Shown: piece by piece, positions 38,821-47,345 of the stretch
How positions within the stretch are numbered: position 1 is the first letter of the stretch
How the letters are laid out: each line of letters starts with the position of its first letter
Source: an uncultured Planctomycetia bacterium
GTDB lineage: Bacteria > Omnitrophota > Gorgyraeia > Tantalellales > Tantalellaceae
NCBI GenBank assembly: GCA_964421015.1
Contig: CAYQUS010000001.1
Span: 91,819 to 155,818 of the forward strand
Reading direction: 5' to 3'
DNA: 64,000 nucleotides
Position numbers and translations under genes: made by a program
The notes under the pieces: model-generated
Seen by the model: the letters and a program-made list of their open reading frames with translations, nothing else
What the model was told of the DNA's origin: nothing
Databases searched by the model: none

Positions 38821-40515
38821 TTACATTCTTTCTGGCAGAGTGATATTCAGAACGCCTAGCCCGTTAGCTAGCACGATCCGGGTGCATTCCACGAGGAAAA
38901 GCCGCGATTTTGTCATGGAACGGTCCTCCGAAACAACACGGCAGGCCGTATAGAAGGAGTGAAAGGATCTGGCCAGCTCATTCAGGTACGTGAGAAGTCT
39001 GTTAGGCTCAAGCGACTCGGCGCTGGACCGCAGGACGAACGGGAACTCTCCCAATTTCCTCATAAGCTGACGTTCAGGTTCAGAAGTTAGCATATCGAGC
39101 CTGGTTCTGGTGAAAATAAGTCTTAGAGGCATTTTCCCGCTGAATTTCTGTATGCTCCTTATGCGCGCGTGAGCGTACTGCATATAGAACACCGGATTGT
39201 CGGAAGACTCCTTTTTGACAAGATCCACGTCGAGATCAAGATGGCTGTCAAGCCTTCGCGACAGAAAACAAAAACGGGTCACGTCCGAACCTATATCGTC
39301 AAGCAATTCCCTCAAGCTTACGAACTCTCCTTTACGCGTGGACATTGACACCGTCTCGCCGCCTCTCATAAGAGTGACCAGCTGGACTATAAGGATATCA
39401 AGAGAAGAAGCGTTATGCCCGAGCGCCTGTACCGCGGCTTTCATTCTTTTTATGTATCCGTGATGATCCGGCCCCAGAAGATCTATCACCCGGTCAAATC
39501 CCCTGCTGTATTTATCCCTGTGATACGCCATATCCGGCGCCAGATAGGTGAAAGATCCGTCGCTTTTCACTACGACCCTGTCCTTGTCGTCTCCGAGGGC
39601 TGTGGACCTGAACCACCTGGCCCCTTCCGAACTGTATATGTGGCCCGACCTTTCAAGCTCCTGAAGAGTGGCCTCTACCTCGTTGCGTTTTTCGATACCG
39701 GATTGTTTTGTCCATACGTCAAACCTTACCCTGAAATCCTCCAGATCTCTATGTATCATCTCCATAATGCGTTCCACGGCGTGTTCCCTGAAAAAATCAT
39801 CCGTGAGGTCTTCTTCCCGCAGCTCGCCCTTTTCCAGCTTGTCCTTGAGGCCCCTGGCCATATCTATCACGTAGTCCCCCATATAACCGTCTTCCGGCAT
39901 GGGAGATTCTTCGCCCCCGAGGTTCATATACCTGACCTTAAGGGACCTGCCAAGCATGTTTATCTGGTTGCCCATGTCGTTAAGGTAGTATTCCCGGGTC
40001 ACGCTGTATCCGCAATACTCAAGTATACTGGCCAGAGCGTCACCTATAGCGGCCTGCCTTCCATGCGCTATAGTAAGGGGGCCGGTGGGATTAGCGCTTA
40101 CATATTCTATGTTCACCTTCTGCCCCAGGCCGGATCTTACACGTCCGTAATTTTCGCGCTTTTTCATTATCTCGGCAAGAAGCCCGCGATAATAGAGGTC
40201 AGACAGCCTGAAATTTATGAACCCCCCCTTGACCTGGGCTGTACCTACGTAAGGTTCAATGGCCGACCCGCGCAAAGCCTCGAAAAAAACACCGAGTATT
40301 CCTTCGGCGATCTCTGCGGGAGGCCTTTTTAGAAATGATGAAAGCCGCATCGCTATGTTCGAGGAAAGATCTCCGTGCTCAGGATCCCTTGTAAGCTGTA
40401 AAACCGAATTTACTCCCTCGGGGAAACCTTTTTCGGGAAACTTATCCGCCGCGTATTTTTTAGCGGAAACAAAAAGGGTTTTCTCTATATTGTCCGAAAT
40501 GTCATATCCTGCCAT
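38821..40515 (-). CDS. argS: Arginine--tRNA ligase
   Basis: YVSANPTGPLTIAHGR HIGH-region, 564 aa with DALR anticodon-binding C-terminus. Confidence 0.9.
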   Translation of the reverse strand: MAGYDISDNIEKTLFVSAKKYAADKFPEKGFPEGVNSVLQLTRDPEHGDLSSNIAMRLSSFLKRPPAEIAEGILGVFFEALRGSAIEPYVGTAQVKGGFINFRLSDLYYRGLLAEIMKKRENYGRVRSGLGQKVNIEYVSANPTGPLTIAHGRQAAIGDALASILEYCGYSVTREYYLNDMGNQINMLGRSLKVRYMNLGGEESPMPEDGYMGDYVIDMARGLKDKLEKGELREEDLTDDFFREHAVERIMEMIHRDLEDFRVRFDVWTKQSGIEKRNEVEATLQELERSGHIYSSEGARWFRSTALGDDKDRVVVKSDGSFTYLAPDMAYHRDKYSRGFDRVIDLLGPDHHGYIKRMKAAVQALGHNASSLDILIVQLVTLMRGGETVSMSTRKGEFVSLRELLDDIGSDVTRFCFLSRRLDSHLDLDVDLVKKESSDNPVFYMQYAHARIRSIQKFSGKMPLRLIFTRTRLDMLTSEPERQLMRKLGEFPFVLRSSAESLEPNRLLTYLNELARSFHSFYTACRVVSEDRSMTKSRLFLVECTRIVLANGLGVLNITLPERM

Positions 40516-40867
40516 GCTGCTCTATCCTTTCCGAAGGGGCATCGGACCACAATCTCTCAAGACCGTAAAAATCCCGCATCTCCGAGCTGAAAACATGCAT
40601 TACCACGTCCTCGAAGTCCACAAGGACCCAGTAAAGACTGGACCTTCCCTCAACACTTATGGGGAAGATCTTGTCTTTACCGAGTACCTTCTGAACCTCA
40701 TCGCATATTGTCTTTATTCGGCGGGAAGAACCGGCTGAAACTATGACGAACCAGTCACATACGGCCGACTGTTCCGTCATGTCCACAAGGACTATGTCCT
40801 CACCTTTTTTTTCGCCGGCTATTTTAGCAATAAGCCTGGCTTTCTCTTTGGAGGTGATATTTTTCAC
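40502..40867 (-). CDS. rsfS: Ribosome silencing factor RsfS (Iojap)
   Basis: 121 aa, DIVLVDM..DWFVIVSAGSSRR..VVMHVF motifs; nadD-rsfS linkage. Confidence 0.85.
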   Translation of the reverse strand: MKNITSKEKARLIAKIAGEKKGEDIVLVDMTEQSAVCDWFVIVSAGSSRRIKTICDEVQKVLGKDKIFPISVEGRSSLYWVLVDFEDVVMHVFSSEMRDFYGLERLWSDAPSERIEQHGRI

Positions 40868-40921
40868 TTATAATAGGTCTGTATTGTAGCTTTATATCTC
40901 CTACACTCACGAACTGAAACA

Positions 40922-41065
40922 CTACTTGCCCATGATCTTATACATGCCTGTACCGCAGTCAGGGCATGAACCTTTGACGGCTTTTCTGCCGTTCTTCATG
41001 GTTACTTCCTGAGAGTTCTTCATTTCCTTTTTAGCCTTGCATTTTACGCAGTAACCCTGTGCCAT
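40922..41065 (-). CDS. Small zinc-ribbon protein (47 aa, CxxC...CxxC)
   Basis: Minus-strand ORF MAQGYCVKCKAKKEMKNSQEVTMKNGRKAVKGSCPDCGTGMYKIMGK, two CxxC pairs; not in supplied track (below length cutoff); RBS GGAGG upstream. Confidence 0.5.
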   Translation of the reverse strand: MAQGYCVKCKAKKEMKNSQEVTMKNGRKAVKGSCPDCGTGMYKIMGK

Positions 41066-41175
41066 CTGTGGCCTCCTTGATTTTAGTTGCGTGGATCAGA
41101 ACTGGAAATGCCAAAAGTTTATCATACCGTTCATTAAAGTTCAAGCTAAACCGCAATAAAGCCCGACTCTTCAGA

Positions 41176-41751
41176 CTACTGCCTGTACAGCCCCTTGTTC
41201 CGTATAAAGTCAGCCACATCGGGATGAAGAAATCCCTCTATGGGCTCTTTGTCCCGGACCCTCTGCCTTATCATCGTAGAGGACACATCGATAAGAGGCG
41301 TTTCAATTAAAACTATCCCGTTTTTTTTTAGCCCGCTTAAGGATATCCCCGGTCGGGCGACCGCCACGAATGTGGAAAGTTTCAGAATATCATCAAAATC
41401 CTTCCACTTATCAAGGCTCCCGGCAGAATCAGCCCCTGAAAGAAAAAAGAGCCTGGTTCCAGATCCGTATTCCAGAGCCACTTCCCTTAAAGTGTCAACG
41501 GTGTAAGACACTCCCCCCCTGTCCAGTTCTATCGTGGATATCCCGAACCTTTTATCGTGCCCTACGGCGAGCCTCAACATGTTCAATCTGTCGGCGGGAG
41601 AAGCCGCCATCTGGCTGTTTTTGAAAGGCGAAACACTGGCCGGCACGAAGATAACTTTGTCCAGCCCAAGCCTGTGCCAACATTCAAGAGCAAGTATTGT
41701 GTGCCCGATGTGCACGGGGTCAAAAGTCCCCCCGAAAACTCCGATCTTCAT
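41176..41751 (-). CDS. nadD: Nicotinate-nucleotide adenylyltransferase
   Basis: MKIGVFGGTFDPVHIGH (start trimmed to MKIG); HxGH nucleotidyltransferase motif. Confidence 0.85.
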   Translation of the reverse strand: MKIGVFGGTFDPVHIGHTILALECWHRLGLDKVIFVPASVSPFKNSQMAASPADRLNMLRLAVGHDKRFGISTIELDRGGVSYTVDTLREVALEYGSGTRLFFLSGADSAGSLDKWKDFDDILKLSTFVAVARPGISLSGLKKNGIVLIETPLIDVSSTMIRQRVRDKEPIEGFLHPDVADFIRNKGLYRQ

Positions 41752-41853
41752 AAGCACCGTTTTCCCGTTTAAAACTATCCGGTTAACCCTTGCTGACATT
41801 AAGACCGTGACAACTGCCGTGTTTTCTGTCCCGGGTCAGGAGGCTTCCGATAG

Positions 41854-43119
41854 CTATGACCTTACCTGCCCTGTCCCGTGTACGACATATTTGTACGAAC
41901 AAAGTTCCTCAAGCCCCATCGGGCCCCTGGCATGTATCTTATCCGTAGAAATACCTATCTCCGCGCCCTTCCCGAACTCCCCTCCGTCGGTGAACCTGGT
42001 GGAAGCGTTAACGTAGACAGCCGCGGAATCAACCTTCAGAGTGAACTCATTGGCATTGTCGTTATTATCGGTGATTATGGCATCGGAATGGGCCGAACCG
42101 TACTTTGATATATGCTCTATGGCCTCGTCCAGAGAAGCCACCACCTTAACGTTGAGCACCAGGTCAAGCCATTCCGTGTAGTAATCCTTCTCGGAAGATT
42201 CCTGCGCGTATTTTATTATTTTCCTTGTCTCGGGGCATCCCTTTATCTGAACACCGTTTTTCTTTAGTTCATCCCCGGCTACAGCGAGGAACTTCGGCGC
42301 GATTTTCCTGTGGACCAGCATTGTTTCCATGGCGTTGCATACTCCGGGCCTCTGTACCTTCGCGTTAAGGCAGATCCTCAGCGCCATATCGATGTCCGCG
42401 TCGGCGTCGACGTAGATATGGCAGACTCCCTTGTAATGCTTTATCACCGGTACACGGCTTTTTTCCACAACCTCTTTTATAAGGGACTCTCCTCCCCTGG
42501 GCATTATAAGATCTATCCCGCCGCTTGCCTCCAGCATAGCGTCTACCATTTCGCGCGAAGTGTCTTCGACCAGTATGAAGGCTCCCGGATCCAGACCCTC
42601 TTTTTGCGCTCCCTGTTTCAGCGCTTCATATATCGCTATATTAGAGGATATGGCGTCGGACCCGCCTCTAAGAATGACAGAATTCCCCGATTTCAGGCAG
42701 AGAGCCGCGCAATCGGCTGTCACATTCGGACGGGCCTCGTATATTATGCCTATAACACCTATAGGCACTCTGACCTTGTTAATGTGAAGCCCGTTGGGCC
42801 TGACAGAAGACTCAAGAACAGCTCCCACCGGGTCGTCAAGGCGCGCTACGGAGCATATCATGTCCCTCATAGCGTCTATTCTGGCATTGGTAAGCCTTAG
42901 CCTGTCTATAAAAGCGCTGTTTCGCCCGGAAGATTCTGCAAGGGAAACGTCTTTAGCGTTGGCTTTCTTTATCTCTTCTCTGGCGGCGTCAAGATGCTTG
43001 GCCATCCTGAAAAGAGCCCTGTCCTTGACGGCTGTATGGGTAACCGCCAGGGCCCTGGCTCCGCTTCTGGCTCTGGTTATGATCCCTCTCATTTCCTTAA
43101 CGGTGTCCTTAGCTGCCAT
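41854..43119 (-). CDS. proA: Gamma-glutamyl phosphate reductase (glutamate-5-semialdehyde dehydrogenase)
   Basis: 421 aa aldehyde-dehydrogenase fold with ProA-specific N-terminus. Confidence 0.9.
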   Translation of the reverse strand: MAAKDTVKEMRGIITRARSGARALAVTHTAVKDRALFRMAKHLDAAREEIKKANAKDVSLAESSGRNSAFIDRLRLTNARIDAMRDMICSVARLDDPVGAVLESSVRPNGLHINKVRVPIGVIGIIYEARPNVTADCAALCLKSGNSVILRGGSDAISSNIAIYEALKQGAQKEGLDPGAFILVEDTSREMVDAMLEASGGIDLIMPRGGESLIKEVVEKSRVPVIKHYKGVCHIYVDADADIDMALRICLNAKVQRPGVCNAMETMLVHRKIAPKFLAVAGDELKKNGVQIKGCPETRKIIKYAQESSEKDYYTEWLDLVLNVKVVASLDEAIEHISKYGSAHSDAIITDNNDNANEFTLKVDSAAVYVNASTRFTDGGEFGKGAEIGISTDKIHARGPMGLEELCSYKYVVHGTGQVRS

Positions 43120-43170
43120 CGCGACCTCCCCGTATCTTATTCACACTTACCGCAGACTTACCGGCGCCTG

Positions 43171-44277
43171 TCACTGTTCTGTCATCACCACGAGGTTGTC
43201 CCTGTGGACCACCTCATCATAATCTTTATACCCCAGGATAGACTCTATGTCCGCTGTTTTTTTTCTTTTTATCCTGTCTATCTCGCTTGAAGAGTAATTT
43301 GAAAGCCCCCTGGCAAGGACTGTTTTTCCGCCGCAGGTTATGTCCACCACGTCGCCCTGCGCGAATTGTCCGGACACCGACACTATCCCTCCCGGAAGCA
43401 GGCTCCTGTTTTTTTTAACGATAGCTTCCCCCGCTCCCTCATCCACGGACAACGTTCCCTTTGATTTCCTGCCGAACGCTATCCATCTTTTTCTGGCTTC
43501 CATGGGCTTTTGCGAAGCGTGGAAATAAGTACCGCATTTCTCTCCGGAAAGCACGCTTTTTATCACCCCTTTTCTCTTGCCTCTTGCTATCACACAGGGT
43601 ATACCCGCGTGCGTGGCGTTCCTTATGGCGTCCAGCTTGGATATCATTCCCCCGGTACTTTCCTCGCATCCCTTGCCGCGGCACAAACCTTTTACCTTGC
43701 CGGTAACAGCGTCAACCTCTTCTATAACCGTGCCGCCCGCGTCGTAAAGTCCGTCCACGTCCGTAAGAATGATGAGAAGATCAGAATCTGCCAGGTCGGC
43801 GACAAGACTCGAAAGACGGTCGTTATCCCCGAACTTGATCTCTTCGGTTGAAACAGAATCGTTCTCATTTATTATGGGAACCGCCTTATACCTGAAAAGA
43901 GCGTTCAGAGTGTACCGTATGTTAAGGAACCTTCCCCTGTCGTTGAGGTCCTCCTGGGTAAGAAGTATCTGCCCGGCTCTGTATCCCCTCTTCCCGAGAT
44001 ACTCATTGTAAATGTCCATAAGATGGTTCTGGCCTATGCTGGCTATCGCCTGAAGTTCCGCCAGAGACCTTCCTTTTTTTGCTATGTCAAGAAGCCCAAG
44101 TCCCGACCCTATGGCGCCGGATGTCACAAGGACGGTCTCTATGCCGCTGTCGGCAAGATCCGCTATCTCCTCTGAAAGCCCTTTTACCACGGCCTTATCT
44201 ATGAGATTGCTATCCGCCGTAAGGACTCTCGTCCCCACTTTCACCGTTATCCGTTTCGGATTTTTCCCTTTTAGCAT
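43171..44277 (-). CDS. proB: Glutamate 5-kinase (with C-terminal PUA domain)
   Basis: KRITVKVGTRVLT amino-acid-kinase N-terminus, 368 aa. Confidence 0.9.
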   Translation of the reverse strand: MLKGKNPKRITVKVGTRVLTADSNLIDKAVVKGLSEEIADLADSGIETVLVTSGAIGSGLGLLDIAKKGRSLAELQAIASIGQNHLMDIYNEYLGKRGYRAGQILLTQEDLNDRGRFLNIRYTLNALFRYKAVPIINENDSVSTEEIKFGDNDRLSSLVADLADSDLLIILTDVDGLYDAGGTVIEEVDAVTGKVKGLCRGKGCEESTGGMISKLDAIRNATHAGIPCVIARGKRKGVIKSVLSGEKCGTYFHASQKPMEARKRWIAFGRKSKGTLSVDEGAGEAIVKKNRSLLPGGIVSVSGQFAQGDVVDITCGGKTVLARGLSNYSSSEIDRIKRKKTADIESILGYKDYDEVVHRDNLVVMTEQ

Positions 44278-45232
44278 CTTTGATCTTCCTGTGTATGGCC
44301 GGTATCAGCTCTTTTATCCCCTCACCCGTAACCCCTGAGATCGGATAAACCTCTACCGGCACTTTTTTAACGAACCTCTCAAGACTTTCCGAAGCCCCTG
44401 AAATATCCATCTTGTTGGCCACGACTACACGGGGCTTGTTAAAAACGTCCTCAGCGTAAAGCTTGAGCTCTCTCTCTAGAAGCTCATAATTGGCCGCCGG
44501 GTCTGAACCGTCAAAAGGCATTATGTCCACCACGTGCACCAGCACCGAAGTCCTTTCAATGTGCCTTAAAAATCTGTCGCCAAGGCCTTTGCCCCCATGC
44601 GCTCCCTCTATCAGGCCAGGCATATCCGCCGCGACAAAACTCTCGCCACCCACAGAGACAACCCCCAGCTTTGGGCTTTTGGTGGTAAAAGGATACGGCG
44701 CGATCTTCGAGTGTGATCTTGATATTCTGGAAACCAGAGTGGATTTTCCGGCATTAGGCAGACCTATTATCCCGGCGTCCGCCACAAGCTTAAGTTCAAG
44801 GAGTATAGTCTTGCTTTCGCCCGGCTCTCCCTCGGTGGCCTCGAAATTTTTAGAGTTCCCCCTGCCTCCGTTCCCTCCTCTGGCAACAAGCACGCTCTCT
44901 CCCGGGAAAGCCAGATCTTTTATGACAAGCGAAGTAGCGGCATCTACCAGAACCGTACCCGCGGGGACTTTGACCACAAGATCTCTTCCCTGCCTTCCGA
45001 ACTTATGGTTAGACCCGCCGTGTCCGCCTCTTTCGGCCTTGTAGTGCTGATTGTATCGGAAATCAAGAAGTGTATGAAGATTTTGATCGGCTTTAAAGAC
45101 AACATCCCCGCCTCGGCCGCCTGGGCCTCCGTCGGGGATGCCTTTTCTGTGGAATATATCCTTGAAGAAACTGCGGCATCCTTTGCCGCCGCCTCCGCCT
45201 TCAACATAGATCTTTGCCTGATCTATAAGCAT
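44210..45232 (-). CDS. obg: GTPase Obg/CgtA
   Basis: Gly-rich Obg fold (VEGGGGGKGCRSF, GGHGGSN, GGNGGRGN), G domain GLPNAGKSTL; rplU-rpmA-obg order. Confidence 0.9.
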   Translation of the reverse strand: MLIDQAKIYVEGGGGGKGCRSFFKDIFHRKGIPDGGPGGRGGDVVFKADQNLHTLLDFRYNQHYKAERGGHGGSNHKFGRQGRDLVVKVPAGTVLVDAATSLVIKDLAFPGESVLVARGGNGGRGNSKNFEATEGEPGESKTILLELKLVADAGIIGLPNAGKSTLVSRISRSHSKIAPYPFTTKSPKLGVVSVGGESFVAADMPGLIEGAHGGKGLGDRFLRHIERTSVLVHVVDIMPFDGSDPAANYELLERELKLYAEDVFNKPRVVVANKMDISGASESLERFVKKVPVEVYPISGVTGEGIKELIPAIHRKIKDAKREKSETDNGESGDESPYGG

Positions 45233-45233
45233 T

Positions 45234-45476
45234 TCATTTTGGCAGTACGCTTACCACTCTTCCAGACGAAAAAGCTACTACCCCCGCGCATTTCGCGAAA
45301 AGGGTATCATCCTTTCCCATTCCTACATTCATACCGGCTTTATACCTGGAACCTCTCTGCCTCAAAATTATGCTTCCCGCGGTGACCGTTTCCCCTCCAT
45401 AGGCCTTGACACCAAGCCTTTGGGAGTTAGAATCACGGCCGTTCCTGGAAGAACCTTGTCCTTTTTTATGCGCCAT
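45234..45476 (-). CDS. rpmA: 50S ribosomal protein L27
   Basis: [24 protein letters not shown] typical L27. Confidence 0.9.
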   Translation of the reverse strand: MAHKKGQGSSRNGRDSNSQRLGVKAYGGETVTAGSIILRQRGSRYKAGMNVGMGKDDTLFAKCAGVVAFSSGRVVSVLPK

Positions 45477-45502
45477 TGCCAGCTCCTATTGGATTCAGCG
45501 CT

Positions 45503-45862
45503 TTATTCAGCGCTTTCTTTTGTTTTTCCCTTTTTCTGGGTTTTCGCCCCGGAAAAATGTATCTCTTTTACCTTAAGCTCTGTCACATCCTGCCTGTGAC
45601 CTTTCTTGGACTGTGAACTTTTTCTGTCACGATATTTGAACGCTATAACCTTTTTCAACCTCTTGTCGGCTATGATTTCGCATTCCACATAAGCCCCCTC
45701 GACATAGGGCTGTCCGACAAATATCGACGAATCGCTTTTGCCGAAGAGCACCTTGTCTATTCTTAGGGTCTTACTTTCCTGCTCGCGCAGGCGGTTCACA
45801 ACTATCCGGTCGCCCTTCTCTACCTTTTCCTGGAACCCCTGAACCTCTATTATCGCGTACAT
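45503..45862 (-). CDS. rplU: 50S ribosomal protein L21 (with Lys-rich C-terminal tail)
   Basis: MYAIIEVQGFQEKVEKGDRIVVNRL typical L21. Confidence 0.9.
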   Translation of the reverse strand: MYAIIEVQGFQEKVEKGDRIVVNRLREQESKTLRIDKVLFGKSDSSIFVGQPYVEGAYVECEIIADKRLKKVIAFKYRDRKSSQSKKGHRQDVTELKVKEIHFSGAKTQKKGKTKESAE

Positions 45863-46058
45863 GTTTTCTCCCTTATTGATGCTTTTAAACTGACGCTCCC
45901 GCTAAAAAGCATGCGGCAGCTGGATCAACTTTAAAATAACCCCTGAACCAGAAGGCTAAATCTATGCCTCCGGCTTACATGGGCCCAAAAACTACACAAT
46001 ACTATCAAACGGATGTGGTGTTGTCAAGAGCATTTAAGCTATTTAGAGGGAATAAACT

Positions 46059-47294
46059 CTACTTGGTCCAGTTCACTATGGCCAGCCCTTCGTCCGGACT
46101 GGCTTCGTCGTCATCGTAAAAATCGAAATCCAGACTCAGGTCCGAAGGATAAGTAAGCACATATTCATAAACAACGTTAGTTTGAACATCCCAAAATGAC
46201 ATTTCCCCTGTCTCCGCCAGTACTATCCCGTTTATGTTCACCTGCACCCCGGATGACCTTGTCCTGATACCGGTCTTAGCGTAAACAAGAGCCTCGTCCA
46301 CGTTTAGCCCCCCGAATATACCTATTTCGGAGTTTTTGGCCAAAATAAAATTCCTCGTGGGCGATATCCCTCCCGCGTGGGCAGTCTGATTCAGCGTTCC
46401 CTGTATGTCTATTTCATCGGCCACTATCCCGCCGTTAAGGGTTGTGGTCCCCTTTATGGTCGCTTTACCGTCGACATAGACCACGCCCTTACCGGGCGTC
46501 AGGGTAGCATTATTGAAGGTAGTGTTTCCGCTATAGTAATTCCCTGACGCTATTGCCTGCTGTTTGTACACCAGATAGTCAAACACGGGGAAAGCTATTC
46601 TTCTGGCTCCTTCCGACACACTGCCCCCGTCACTACCAATACCGTTTATGTATACCTCGGCATCATTTTCATCGGCCGCATCATGCTGGGCCCCTTCCCT
46701 CACTATCCCCACAGCCGCGACTGTTCCGGAGAGGTCCTGTGGCTCTTCAGCCTCCGCGTCATATTCGAGCCCTTCTATCCATACAAGCCCGTTATTGAGA
46801 GACCTTAGCTCAACGTCTCCGTTAGCGTGTATATCGCCAACGACCGTTATACTGGAATCGGCCCTTGTTGCCCTGGCCTTTATGCCGGCTCCTCCCGCGA
46901 ACATTTTAGTAAGGACCGGAGGTATTGATCCCTTTATCTCGGCTGAGACCGATTTTGAAACTCCCGTGCCCGTAACTGTACCTACGGAAGTAACAAGTAT
47001 CCTGGACCCGACCTTATTGTAGGTGACAGAATAAGTGCCCGTATCCATAGTCCCTGAAAAGTCCTCTCTGGAGCCTATCCCCTGAGCCTTCAGCATGACA
47101 AATGCGTGGTATATGCCTGCCTCCGCTAGATTTTTAGCCTGTTCACCTGTCTTACAGCGCCCCACAAGCTCGATATCGCTTTTTATCATGGACGAAAAAG
47201 AAACTATGGACATGGACATAAGCAGCACAAAGCCCATCACCATGAGCATCACAAAACCTTTCTCGTTCTTTTCGATACCGAACCCTCTTATCAT
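46059..47294 (-). CDS. PilX_N-like minor pilin / pilus-associated secreted protein (411 aa)
   Basis: N-terminus EKNEKGFVMLMVMGFVLLMSMSIVSFSS..IELV resembles PilX N-terminal domain; rest Gly/Thr/Asn-rich predicted beta structure; sits in pilus gene cluster. Confidence 0.55.
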   Translation of the reverse strand: MIRGFGIEKNEKGFVMLMVMGFVLLMSMSIVSFSSMIKSDIELVGRCKTGEQAKNLAEAGIYHAFVMLKAQGIGSREDFSGTMDTGTYSVTYNKVGSRILVTSVGTVTGTGVSKSVSAEIKGSIPPVLTKMFAGGAGIKARATRADSSITVVGDIHANGDVELRSLNNGLVWIEGLEYDAEAEEPQDLSGTVAAVGIVREGAQHDAADENDAEVYINGIGSDGGSVSEGARRIAFPVFDYLVYKQQAIASGNYYSGNTTFNNATLTPGKGVVYVDGKATIKGTTTLNGGIVADEIDIQGTLNQTAHAGGISPTRNFILAKNSEIGIFGGLNVDEALVYAKTGIRTRSSGVQVNINGIVLAETGEMSFWDVQTNVVYEYVLTYPSDLSLDFDFYDDDEASPDEGLAIVNWTK

Positions 47295-47345
47295 GTTAAT
47301 CCTCGTTTAGATATACTCCGCTTAAAAACCCATGGAACTCCGGTA

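Noticed and set aside
41031-41219. 62-aa minus-strand ORF from the track between rsfS and nadD
   Set aside because: A different frame over the same DNA encodes a far more protein-like zinc-ribbon peptide (40922-41065) with an RBS. The 62-aa frame overlaps the nadD 3' end and has no features.
45863-46058. 196-nt non-coding gap upstream of rplU, considered as a possible ribosomal-protein leader or sRNA
   Set aside because: No recognisable conserved structure or promoter/terminator pair could be identified by eye; left unannotated.
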